The notes under the pieces were generated by a model. The model was not told where the DNA came from. It worked only from the letters and a program-made list of their open reading frames with translations, and searched no databases. A stretch of DNA of 32,015 nucleotides from assembly GCA_049999805.1 (NCBI GenBank), contig JBNGIO010006129.1, forward strand, positions 115,261 through 147,275. Reading direction: 5' to 3'. Position numbers and translations under genes: made by a program. Source of the stretch: Folioceros fuciformis (lineage: Eukaryota). Of this stretch, positions 1-10,772 are shown in pieces (positions within the stretch are counted from its first letter, which is position 1; the number at the start of each line of letters is the position of its first letter).

Positions 1-796
1 CCCGCGTTTGGGTTGGCTACAGTTGTGTTGTGTCGTCTTCTCTCTTATTAGCATATTAGCATAGGTGGAAACCGAGGAAAGCAGACGTATATATATAGCT
101 GTGATGACGAGAAAAGGGACCCACAATGCAAGGTTTGGTCAACCTTTCTGGATCCCTGAACAACGCGGGTTTGCCATACCAACCCCTGAATAATCACGAA
201 TCACGATGTTCTGCTGCCTACCGTCTCACGAAGACTTCCGGCTCGATACGTAAGTGAAGCAAGTAGGTGCACTTGAAGGCTGGGGAGATGTGGGACCAAG
301 GACAAAATGTCCGCTAAGCTAGATGTATAAGAGAACCACCACTAATCTCAAATTTGGAGAGCTTACAATGTGTTGCGAGTTTCAGAGTGGGAACGGTGTC
401 GTCCTATGAATGTGTGAGCTTGGGAGATCCTGGTGCGACAGGGCATGGAGAATAGACTAAGCTAGAGATGAATCGTACCAGCCCGTAATTCGGAAATGAT
501 CGGCAAACTCTTGAGGGCGAGGAGCAATGCGCTCGACAACCTCGGCTACATAGTGTCTGGAAGGTGATAACAGAGCATCACTAGGACACACAATTGTGTG
601 ACAACACAATTTCTGTCGAGACAAGCCCGTTCTTGCTCCACAATCAATAAGGAATCCGATAGACAATACAGGGTCAAGACCAGATCAGTCGCGCTACACG
701 AGCTCTTCTACTTCATCTGCTGCAGGGCGGCTTGGTGCTTTTAAGTGATCGAGGACGGCTGGATGATGAAGCACTGCAATACACACTGCTAATTAG

Positions 797-1417
797 CTAC
801 TCAATCACCAGATCCGACGCCTTCTTCTTGAGGCTGGGGAGGTTAGGCCCGAACACGTCCGGGTAGATGGTGAAGATCCACTCGTTGGTCTGGAAGAAGG
901 CGTTGGGGTTAGCAGGGTCGGGACCCTGCGCCACGGTGCGCTGGGTGGCCAGGCCTCTGGCCAGCAAGAAGTCCTCGGTGCCTCCCACGATACTGAAGGT
1001 GCGGACGGTGTTGCTTTTGATGCTGGTGCCGTGCACCTGGATGCCGCCCACCAGTTTATTGTAATTGAAGAGGAATGTGAGGAAGAGCGAGGTGTGGTTG
1101 GTGTTGTTGGCGCGATCCGTGTTGGCACCGATTCCCTTGACGCGACCCAGTTGGAGCGAGCTGGTGCTCTGGCCCTTGAAGATGGGGTCGTCGACCACAA
1201 TGACGCTGCCGAAGCCGAACTGGCCTGGCGCTCTGCTGGCCACCGTCACCTCCGTACCATTGGGTCCATCGATATGGAGCGTGACGAAGACCCTGATCTT
1301 GAGCGGCTTGGGAGTGCCGGCCGGCCGAGGCTTGTACCCCTCCGCCACTACCGCATCCAGCACCAGCAAGGCCACCAGCAGGACCGAAACGTTAACCCAG
1401 GTCCTTGGTGACGCCAT
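797..1417 (-). CDS. Dirigent-family protein 1, single exon, secreted type (~206 aa)
   Basis: Starts MASPRTWVNVSVLLVALLVLDAVVAEG (hydrophobic signal peptide; alternative ATG at 1423). Dirigent motifs FGFGSVIVVDDPI, LGRVKG, RTFSIVGGTEDFLLARGLA. N-glycosylation sequons NGT, NNT, NHT. Stop TAG at 797-799. Confidence 0.9.
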   Translation of the reverse strand: MASPRTWVNVSVLLVALLVLDAVVAEGYKPRPAGTPKPLKIRVFVTLHIDGPNGTEVTVASRAPGQFGFGSVIVVDDPIFKGQSTSSLQLGRVKGIGANTDRANNTNHTSLFLTFLFNYNKLVGGIQVHGTSIKSNTVRTFSIVGGTEDFLLARGLATQRTVAQGPDPANPNAFFQTNEWIFTIYPDVFGPNLPSLKKKASDLVIE

Positions 1418-1617
1418 TCTCATCGATTTGTGTGATCCCGTTCCTCCCCGCCGCTGCACTGCACGAGTGTACGCAAATCTCTCCACCACACTCCTGCCCA
1501 AGAGACCACAAAGCGAAACGACTTCTCAAGCGAATAGATCGGCAACAGCAGGGTCTAGTCCGGCGCAGAAGAGCCCGCGGTACAAGTGCAGTGAGAAGAA
1601 GAGGAGGAGACGGAAGC

Positions 1618-1623
1618 TTTATA
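1618..1623 (-). promoter_or_regulatory. Candidate TATA box of dirigent gene 1
   Basis: TATAAA on the minus strand ~200 bp upstream of the ATG, followed by a pyrimidine-rich tract (ctcctcctcttcttctc). Confidence 0.5.
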
Positions 1624-2128
1624 CAGCTCCCAAGGGACTGCACCCGCATTGGATAGATCTTTTCCTGGCAATCGGCGAGCGGGTATAATTTTAGATGGAC
1701 GCTGGCCGAAAGCACGGGGCCAGCGACCGGGATCGCCGAACCCAGATGGGCTACCAAGGGTCATGCTCTGCTGGACCTCCCTGTCATAGCGGCAAGTCAT
1801 CTGATTCCCGGCAACTGGCCATCGGCCAGTCCCTGAGTCAGACCAACATGCTCAATGATTTACTTCAGGAAACTGGGGCACAACACTGCATCCGAGCCGA
1901 GCAGAGCAGAGCGCGACATTCCTCACAAAATGTGGGGACTTCGAGGTTGTGGCTCCTTCGACGTGCGGGCCAGCGGGTTTACCACCCACCTTGCAGGGGC
2001 CCACCATAAACCTCACTGGGAAAGAAGAATTCTAATACTATTAGAGGTCACGAAGGCTGTCCTCCCTGGGACTTCGTACTTAACAATTTGCCGCGGAGAA
2101 GGGCATCCTTCGCGTTTGAGGAAGCCGT

Positions 2129-2405
2129 AAGGTACGATTTGTACCGAAAGCGCATCCTTCAAGGCACTGTTTGTGCCCAATAAGAGCGTTCCTACCCTTC
2201 GGACATGATTTGTGCCTACGGCCCTTCAGGCATGGTTTATGCCTACAGCGCTTCAGGCAGGATCTCTGACTAAGATCATGATTTTCATTCACCTAAAGCC
2301 CTTGAGGCATGATCTCCGCCTAAGAGCATGATTTGTACCTAAAGCCCTTAAGGCATGATCTCTGCCTAAGAGCATGATTTGCACCTGAAGCGCATCCTCA
2401 AGGCC
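2129..2405. repeat. Degenerate minisatellite (~27-bp units resolving into 46-bp higher-order units)
   Basis: Recurrent gcatgatt(t)g..cct / gccctt.aggc words. The unit cctaaagcccttgaggcatgatctccgcctaagagcatgatttgta starts at 2292 and 2338, with a partial copy at 2384. Confidence 0.8.
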
Positions 2406-3280
2406 CTTTAGGATGAGTGCAGGACTCTTAATCCGTTCTTATGACCATTTGGCCTAAGCCAATTGGAAGTCCGACTTAGATACAAGGTCCAGTTCACACA
2501 CTCGGGCTTGAGCCCACTCTCACAGTCGTTACCACGGATCCCTTCCATGGTTAAGAACCTGGAGAGTCTGAAGAACTTCTACGACAGAGTGACAGGACAA
2601 ATGACAGGAGTGATCCAAGCGATTGGTAAAGATTAATGACATGTGGGACTAAGTTTCCCCTTGACGCGGCCACTTGCGAACGAGTGTCATAAAAAACCCC
2701 CAATCAGCTTGACCACAAAGCGTGTCTTCTATAATTTCCCCAAGTCCTGACAACTGGACACTTCATTCTGTGGGTTGCCCGCCACTTTGCGAATCCGGAA
2801 GCAGTGACTTGCCTGTTGGGCAAAATGAAGGCCAGTTGGCCACGTGCGACCACTACTCGGTCGCCGTCTTAGCCTTCAGGCGCGGGAGAGTGGAGCCGAG
2901 GCGGCATGTCAAGATTTGTCAAGTGCGCTGCTGTGGTCGATGACGCTTTCCTATTGCTGTCTCTTGGTTTGTCCATTGTGATGACTACTGCGTGGATGGA
3001 GTCACTGCGGTGATGCTGCGGAGTGCGGGTTTCTGGGGCCCGGCCCAGAACGGTTCTGTTCCGAGATGGTGGGCGGTGGGGTGTGCGGGATCCGGGCGTA
3101 GAGGGGCGGTATCCATGCCGAGCTTGGTTCGTGGGATGTGAAGCCTCGAGGCGTGCTTCTCAGCCCGCCAGTGTCAACAGTGAGAGTCCCTCGTGGGTTC
3201 TTCCCCCCTTCCCGCCTTCGGCTCACCTTCCTTGTCCCTGAGCTCCGGGTTCCAGTGATTGCTATACCCGCCCGCGTGTA

Positions 3281-3380
3281 NNNNNNNNNNNNNNNNNNNN
3301 NNNNNNNNNNNNNNNNNNNNNNNNNNNNNNNNNNNNNNNNNNNNNNNNNNNNNNNNNNNNNNNNNNNNNNNNNNNNNNNN
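3281..3380. other. Assembly gap (100 N)
   Basis: Run of exactly 100 N. Confidence 1.
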
Positions 3381-4797
3381 TTTCCTCCCATGTGCCCGCG
3401 GCTCGGAGACGAGAGGAAGTCAGGGACCCCTGCTGCTCCCCGTCTCTTTGACTTTCCTATATTTAGGTTGTCCTTCCCATCCCCTGAGAGTCCCCTCCCC
3501 TTTTGGCATCCTATGCCCTTCCCTCTACCCGCACTACCTGAACTTGGGGCTGCAGCCTCCCTTGATGCACTCCGCGCTTCCACATATCCACTCAGATATT
3601 CGAGCCCGGTAAACTTCTCCTTGCCACCCCGGGTGTGTGGCTTTTGCCGCACATCCTTCAGGGCCCGTCTTTCTCTATCGACTCATCCCGACCAGAACGA
3701 GCTGCGTAAAGTAAATTTTCTTTCCTGGCGACCGCATGGTTCAAGTGTCGTCCAGTCCGTCCCAGGTTAATTCCTTGTACCGCATCCCGGATGAAGTCCT
3801 TGGGCGGTGAACATGGGCAAGCTGCCCCAAACCCCGGTAGAAAAACGGGCAGGATAGCAGCAGCTGGCATTACAAGGGCCCGCATCACACATCCACTGGA
3901 TCGGCCGACCACCCACAGTATAGAATTTGTAGAATGCCTGTTTGCCTTCCTGGGTGCTCGATCACAGCTCAGATGTTGGTTTGAGGCAGGGGGAGCAGCA
4001 GTTTCTACCCAGCCCAGCGACGTGCTTCTCTTCTACCTGGCGTCCTCGTTCTCCAAGATAGTCCACAGCAACCTGCGTGGCCACACTCTTACCTCAGCGG
4101 TTGGCTTGCGTAGTCAAATTTGAGTCAAGCATTTAACACCATAATTTGGTTTAGGATTTAACAAGACCGACCATCCATCCCTCCCCATGGTATTGAAGCT
4201 GTAATAAGGAATGCGCGCATCTTCCACTCGCATTTGGTGACATTTTTGCAAATATGCATTACAAGCAATGAACATGAGTGGTCAAGTTGATGATCTACAC
4301 ATTAGTCTTAGTGGATTTCAGCTACAAGCTTAGAAAACTAGCAATGCATTGGGCACATCTAGTACAAGAGACCTCACAACATCTGACTTGTCTATGTGGA
4401 GCACTTGATATGACTCAGACTTATGTTGTTAGGGATAAAATTAATTTGATCAAAATCATAAGTTTCTTGAAGTTGTATGAACAAGCTTCCTCACAAATCT
4501 CACCTATTTAAGGTCTATGAAACTCACCCCAAATGTTATAAGGTGACTCAAAATTTTATCTATATGTATTTATATTTATAATTTATTTATAAAATATGAC
4601 CCATTATATATCTATTTTAGGTTTCTGCCTTCTTCTAATTTTTCTTCTTCATGCTTTAGTATGTGAGATTTTCCATCTCTTTTAATATAATATCAACTAT
4701 ATATATATATCATAATCTATAATCCATAAATTACTTAAGGTATGTATAACCTTTATCACTTACTAAATACAAAATTTTAGAAGTATTTTTGTATCAT

Positions 4798-4824
4798 AAT
4801 ATATATATATATATATATATATAT
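4798..4824. repeat. (TA)n microsatellite in a very AT-rich tract
   Basis: atatatat... run immediately left of the transposon TIR. Confidence 0.9.
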
Positions 4825-4985
4825 GTGCACACCGTACCTTGAGGAGTGATTCGGTGTTAAATAATTATAATTTTAAAAAATTAAAAAATTATTATAATGG
4901 GAATGCCCAATTTCATGAAAACTAGTTTGGTAAGATGCTAAAAACGAAGCATACATGTGCCTAAGCTCCACAATTACGGGTGTCA

Positions 4986-5065
4986 TCATTTGTGCAACTA
5001 GAAGTAGTTTGTGAACGAGAGTTTTATCATTTGTGCAACTGGAAGTCGTTTGTGAACTAGACTTG
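4986..5065. repeat. 41-bp tandem duplication (~2 copies)
   Basis: tcatttgtgcaact(a/g)gaagt.gtttgtgaac at 4986 and 5027. Confidence 0.8.
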
Positions 5066-5120
5066 TTTCCTAGACTTGGATTTCACGAAGGATAGGCGCT
5101 AAGCAGCTGGCTCAGTAACT

Positions 5121-5305
5121 GGGCACTGAGCAATGATGTTGAGCATAGAGACGGGAGTTTGCAACAAGACGTTCCCCAACAATCGGGCACTAAGCGGTGA
5201 TGCTGAGCATGGACACGAGAGTTTGCAACAAGATGTTCCCCAGCAATTGGGCACTAAGCGGTGATGCTGAGCATGGAGACGCGAGTTTGCAACAAGACGT
5301 TCCCC
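5121..5305. repeat. 64-bp tandem repeat (~3 copies)
   Basis: gggcact.agc..tgatg.tgagcat.ga.acg.gagtttgcaacaaga.gttcccc at 5121, 5185 and 5249. Confidence 0.9.
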
Positions 5306-5467
5306 TTTTAGATGCTAAACCCTTGTGCATTTCACTAATGGGAAGCAAAAGCTCTCTGAGGCCATTAGGTGCCTTAGTGCAAATTAGAGGAAGGAGTTGG
5401 GAATGAAATGCAAGCGGCTGATTGACACTGGAAGACCGAGGTGGCTAAACCAACAGGGAATGCGTTC

Positions 5468-5830
5468 TAAGCTAGTAAAGTACATTCCAGATACAATATT
5501 CCCATAAAACAAAGCTAGTAAAGTACGTGCCAGAGACAGAATTCCCATGAAACAAAGCTCGTAAAGTTCGTGNNNNNNNNNNNNNNNNNNNNNNNNNNNN
5601 NNNNNNNNNNNNNNNNNNNNNNNNNNNNNNNNNNNNNNNNNNNNNNNNNNNNNNNNNNNNNNNNNNNNNNNNCGTGCCAGAGATAGAATTCCAATAAAAC
5701 AAAGCTCGTAAAGTTCGTGCCAGAGATAGAATTCCAATAAAACAAAGCTCGTAAAGTTCGTGCCATAGACAGAACTCCTATAAAACAAAGCTGGCAAAGG
5801 ACGTGCTAGAGATAAAATTCCCATAAAACA
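5468..5830. repeat. 43-bp tandem repeat array interrupted by an assembly gap
   Basis: Unit cgtgccagagatagaattccaataaaacaaagctcgtaaagtt at 5673, 5716 and 5759, with diverged copies on both flanks. N gap at 5573-5672. Confidence 0.9.
5573..5672. other. Assembly gap (100 N)
   Basis: Run of exactly 100 N inside the 43-bp array. Confidence 1.
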
Positions 5831-6255
5831 CATTGTCACTAGCAAGGAGAGTGTAGGCCCATGAAGTTGGCAAGGAGGAGGGTCGTCGAGAGTATGGTGG
5901 AAAGGTAGCTCCAACTCTAAGACTTTTAAGTCCCAGCAACTCCATTAGGGTCGATTTGGCAAGTAGCCATCGTGCAAATCCTTGGGGATGAAGAGCCTCT
6001 TCCGCTTGCACCAGCTCAACATTCTATCGTGATCTGTATTATTAGTGCAAGTTGGAAGTGTTGGCCGACAATTAAGCTGCCCATAAGGAGACAATGTTTT
6101 GGCTGGAAGAGTACGAGAATTGTAGGTCATTTCAACTTCTCTTGATATTGGATGGTCGTGATTCACTACTGATAGAAAGCTACCACTAGCAGAATGGTTA
6201 TTTTGTACTGATTTCTTAGAGCTACCTTGAAAGGATCCCATTGGATTCTGCACAG

Positions 6256-6330
6256 TCCTTCAAAACATCAAAACTTTATCGAATAATCCTTCAAAATATC
6301 AAAACTTCGTTGAACGGTCCTTCAAAACTT
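6256..6330. repeat. 31-bp tandem repeat (~2.4 copies)
   Basis: tccttcaaaa.atcaaaactt at 6256 and 6287, partial copy at 6318. Confidence 0.75.
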
Positions 6331-8025
6331 TCTTCAGCACTACTGAATTAGGGAAGCATGTCCTGTAGATAGTCAGTCCTTTTTAGATTCGTAGATAGTT
6401 TGTCCACTAGCTATCTACCATGTCTTCATGAATGTTCCAAAGCTCCTATAAATTTCTATTGCTCCTAGCTAAGTGTTTCATTTAAACTTTGGTTGGCTTG
6501 AAAGGTGGTGCTTTAGCAGATCCACTTGTTGAAGCTCTTTGTGTTGCCAAACATTTCTTCATCACATCCACCCACCTTAGACAAGTAATCTTTATCATCC
6601 TCTTCCCCTTCAAGTTCATGTTTTTCTTCGATATCGTCATTTGTTGTGGAAAAGAGGCATATTGATGAATTTGTTTCCATTGCCTCTAACTGAATATTTG
6701 AGTTGAATGCCCTTAGAAGACTTGTTTTTTCCAACCCATGTCTGATCATTTCCTACATGTTTGAAATGTGTGTCCATGCATTGAATAGCCACTCACACAC
6801 CTTGGGCTTCAAATGTTTTAGCTTCAAGTTGATAGCTACTTTTCCGCCTTCTATCAACTGCTCTTGAATAGTGGCGGCTGTCCACTTGCTGAACTCACGC
6901 TTAAAAGCATGCTTCAAAGGACGTTGAAGGATAACATCAGCACGCTGTAACTTGTTGGTGCATCTAGCAGGAACAATGAGCGAGCAGATCATGGGGTAAG
7001 TATTTTTAAGCCAATCAAGGAACTCCTTACTTTTGTGAGCACTCTAACAATCTATAATCCAAATAAGCTGTTGTTTTGTGCCTAACTTTAATATCTCCAA
7101 TTGCCTTTCATAGTAGGGAAATATAATCTCCTTCACGAAGGCCTTTGATGGCTCTAATGTAGACCAATGTGTGCTGGTATCTGTTAAGTGAAAACCTGCC
7201 TTCTCACATAGCTTAGCATTGTCATGTGCTTTGGGGATTGACCTATTTGTTGTTCTTGTGAAAATGATCTGAAGTGGTATTAAGTAACCTACTGTGGACG
7301 AAGACATTGCTGCAATAATTTGTCTTTTGTCCTCCACCCCAAGCACTTTGATTTCTTTTGTCCCCTTAACCTCCCAAGTGCTCCCAAGAGCCCTTTGTAG
7401 GATTCCTATTTGATCGGTATTGATCACAAGTTTCAGTGGAACACCATATACTTGTGATAGGTAAGCTATCCTATATGTCATCAATTTTCCTTCATATTCC
7501 ATGTCTCTGGAAGCTTGGAAGTTGCTGCAGTAGTAGATGCTCGATAGGACCATGAGAGTTCCTTCTTCATGAACGTTCTTGTCCAATCAATGCTAACTTC
7601 AAATGTTCCCTTTCCAAGGAGTTCAAGTGCCCTTACTAGAATTATACCTCTAAGCATGGGTTGGATAAGAGAAGCTGTCGTTGCCTTGTCCCTCATCCCT
7701 TCAACTTCTTAAAAATTCACCTTGCTCTTTCTTCAAATCAAGCTTGTCTTCCAAAGGACCCATGTTGATGGTTGGTCCATATGCTGCTGATTTTTTACTA
7801 ACTGCAAGCTTGTATGCAGGCTTCAATCCCCATGTCTTCGAGTCAACCCAAGTGTATACAGACCCACGCGTGAGCTTAGCGCATAGATTGTCCATTCTTG
7901 GCTTTCCATGGGCAGCCTTTAGAGAATGCAAAGCAATAGAAAAGTTTCTATGTTTTCTAACACTTGCCTCTATAGGAGGCCATAAATGATCTTGAAACCA
8001 ATTAGTACATGGACCTCATTTCTTG

Positions 8026-8109
8026 TGTCCAACTCCCTTGGCATCCTCCTTTTCTTGTTTCATCCTCTGTCCAACTCCCTTGGCATCCTCCTCTTCTTGT
8101 TTCATCCTC
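8026..8109. repeat. 42-bp in-frame tandem duplication in the transposase N-terminal region
   Basis: tgtccaactcccttggcatcctcct.ttcttgtttcatcctc twice (RMKQE.EDAKGVG). Confidence 0.9.
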
Positions 8110-8237
8110 TTCATAGGTAGAAGAACTGCCTTGCAAGTTGTCTTACATGGTCTTCCTATAGGTCGTTTGACGGGTGTTGGCTTCAATACTTGCTCTTGTG
8201 CGGCAGCTACACTTGTAGCAAACAATTGACTATCTCT

Positions 8238-8375
8238 CACAATTTCAGCATCCCTCTCCTCTCTTTCAATCTTTTGGAAGATGTTTGGTTGCTTGCAAAA
8301 TACCAACACAATTTCAGCATCCCTCTCCTCTCTTTCAATCTTTTGGAAGATGTTTGGTTGCTTGCAAAATACCAA
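8238..8375. repeat. 69-bp perfect in-frame tandem duplication
   Basis: cacaatttcagcatcc...gcaaaataccaa at 8238 and 8307 (LVFCKQPNIFQKIEREERDAEIV twice). Confidence 0.9.
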
Positions 8376-9191
8376 CTCTATCAGAAAATAGAAAGGCTCC
8401 AAGTAGGTAGTTCTTGTTTAAGAAACTAGGATTAATTCAGGAAACTAGCCCTAATTTTGGGAACTAGGGGGAAAACCAAGATTTGTTTGAGAAGCTAGAA
8501 GATATTTGCCAAACTAGGGCTTGTAGGGCTTGTGTCAATCTAGAGCTATACCTACTCGTCCTACTGAATGTTGAAATTTAATAAAATTATTAAAAATGAA
8601 TGTTGAAATTCTAAAAAATATAGATTATAACCTTCAACCTTTAATTTTTTTAAAAATAATTATTTGGGCATTTACCCCGTTGAACCACCCCTCGGGTACG
8701 GTAATAGATTATTTTAATATCTCATCATCATTTGCTCTGCAAATTGAAAAATGGCCGTTCCAAAGCAGTGTTAAATGACACCCCGTCTTCCTGCCCAGGT
8801 CTGTGCTCCTCCCTCTCCTTCTCCCTCTTGTTCTGCCTTCCTGCGCTGAAAGACTCCCCTCCCCCGGCCCCATCCCTCGTCCCTGCAATTCCCTCTCCCT
8901 CTCCTTTCCCTTGGAACCTAATTCCTTCTTCCAGCCAGCCTGAGAGAGCTGGGATGAGTATCCCCGTCGTCTTTATTCTTCACCCGCACAAGACGTTTAC
9001 AGCGAAGCCCAAGTCCTTGGCTCAGCACGATTCGTCGGTGAGACGATTGCTGATGCACACGCCGGCCTAGCTCAGAACAGTTTGTTCCTACTGAATGCCT
9101 AGCTGGCAGCTTGTGGATGGAAATCCGGCCCATGACGAAGTCTGTCCTTAATGGACGCTGCTTACTGTGCGCACTGGTGGCAGATCTCGGC

Positions 9192-9932
9192 TCAGGCGAT
9201 GGTGACGGGGGGCAGAAATTTCTGCAGCGCAGCCAGCCCAGCGACGCGCTTGGCTGTAGTGGCCTCGCTGTCCAAGGTGACGCGCCACACGTTTGTGGAG
9301 CTCTGCTGCCCCGTGGTGTCGTCCACGGAAGAGCTGACGGACGCCTGCGTGGCCACCCCCCTGGCGCTGTGGAAAGCGCCGGTACCCCCCAACACGGCCA
9401 GCTCGCGCACGTCGATGAGCTTGTTGGAGGTGCCGGACACCACCAGGCTGCCGTTCACGGACTCGGTGTCGAAGGTGAAGGTAATGGTGAGCGTGGAGTT
9501 GGAGCTGACGAGGTCGCCTGCGGTGTTGAGGCTGTAGCCCCTGGCGCGGCCCAGCGGTGTGGACGCTGGGTCAGGCCCCTCGGTGAGCGCGTCGTCGAAC
9601 ACCAGGATCTTCCCGAACTTGTTTCTGCTGGGATCCCCGGACGCCGATTCCCATTCCGAGGGCGACTCCCCGCCGGTGGTGAGGTGCACGTAGAACTGGA
9701 AATCCAGAACCGGGGCGTCCTCCCCGCTTCCCACCTTCCGCCCGCCCTGCACCCAAAACTCAACTTCTCCACACCCATCACTTCCTGATTCATGTCTCCA
9801 CAGCACAAAGCCAGACGGTCCGAGCCAAAAATCTAAGCGCTACTTATACGACGGGTAAGAGTACGCATAGCAAAACAAGGAAGATCACGCATCGCTCACG
9901 TTGTCGAGCTCGGAGATCACAGACGCTGCCAT
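9192..9932 (-). CDS. Dirigent-family protein 2 (2 exons, ~195 aa, no evident signal peptide)
   Basis: Exon 9900-9932 (MAASVISELDN), intron GTGAGC...TGCAG (9747-9899), exon 9192-9746 in frame. Motifs FQFYVHL, FGKILVFDDALTEGPDP, LGRARG, RELAVLGGTGAFHSARGVAT. Exon 1 is less certain than the domain. Confidence 0.85.
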
Positions 9933-10772
9933 GCTGGCCAGATTCTGGACCACTAGTCGTGCGGTGAGCGACCGCCGAAAATCCCACGGCGTGCTGGTGC
10001 GTCCAGTTGGCGGAAACGCGAGATTTGGAATCTACCGTCAGTCAGTGGTGGGATTGTGGAGCTAGAGCTCCAGCTTCTGCTACTCCAGATCCTCACACAC
10101 TACTCCCGTCGCAAAGCTGAGACAGAGTGTCCCTGTTTGAGCATGTGCAAGAGAGCCTTTTCCTCTGCACAATCCGCTGAAGGGTATCCTGGTCTGATAT
10201 ACTTCCAGTGAGAGTCGACAAACTGATGCAGGTCCCAAGGCTTGCAGGTGTCCTCCCTTCCGGATCGCGACATCCAAACTCCCACCCATTTTTGCTATGC
10301 TCAGTCAAACAAACTTTCATGGTCTGTGCATGACAGATCTCCCCCTCTGCAGCCTCTACTCGAAGATTCTAGTATATTCTATCCTACAATTCCAATTTTA
10401 TATTGAGAAACCGTGGCCGGATTGCCTCGCAGATATTGCATTTCAGATCTGTGCGTGTGTGGCAGCTGGGGTTTCGTGTATGGCAGCTGGGAAGTCGTAA
10501 GTGTTGGGCATCCCCAACTTGCCTCTGGTACAGTAGAGGAGGCTCGGAAGCATCCCTGTATGGTTCCTACCGGGGCACGTGAAGGTAACGTGGACTTCAA
10601 TGGACTTGCGTGTCACAATAGCCAACACTTCAAGATGACGTGAGGACAGAGTCGGAATAGTGGTGGGTGGACAGGAAGAACATGACCGTGTAGTCCAGGT
10701 TTAGATTGATGCAAAGCAAGCCATGCATCTGCAAAAAGGAATCCTCTGTTTCCATCCATGAAACAGTGTCCG

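Larger units (their letters stand above)
6513..8402 (-). pseudogene. Disrupted pogo/DDE_1 transposase
   Basis: Fragments: KRPIGRPCK (AT-hook-like), LTRGSVYTW, VINTDQIG (first D), IPLQIIF, HWST, WIIDC*SAHKSKEFLDWL (second D; in-frame TAG at 7044-7046), VPARCTNKLQRADVILQRPLKHAF (third D), and an acidic C-terminal tail. Several stops and frameshifts. Confidence 0.85.
4832..8701 (-). mobile_element. Decayed pogo-type (Tc1/mariner-related, DDE_1) DNA transposon with imperfect terminal inverted repeats
   Basis: Left end ccgtaccttgaggagtgattc...aaataattataattttaaaaaattaaa matches the reverse complement of the right end ccgtacccgaggggtggttc...aaataattatttttaaaaaaattaaa. The right end is flanked by TA (8702-8703), the left by CA next to (TA)n. 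The interval encloses a disrupted transposase. Confidence 0.8.

Noticed and set aside
1-700. Possible gene or LTR fragment at the window start
   Set aside because: No recognisable coding motif, primer-binding site or paired repeat.
805-1688. Long overlapping and antisense ORFs over dirigent 1 (similarly 9111-9788 and 10840-11259)
   Set aside because: Shadow ORFs of GC-rich coding sequence with no recognisable motifs.
3002-4123. ORFs of 110-216 aa around the first N gap
   Set aside because: The longest are inflated by the gap; low-complexity translations with no recognisable domain. Possibly repeat debris, but unsupported.
4150-4270. Minus-strand peptide HICKNVTKCEWKMRA resembling a MuDR zinc-binding motif
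   Set aside because: Too short, and no further transposase motifs nearby.
5468-5830. CRISPR-like regular array
   Set aside because: Units are contiguous tandem copies with no unique spacers, no cas genes are present, and the context is eukaryotic.
5384-5830. ORFs with repeated peptides
   Set aside because: Translations of the 43-bp repeat (not a multiple of 3) running across a gap.
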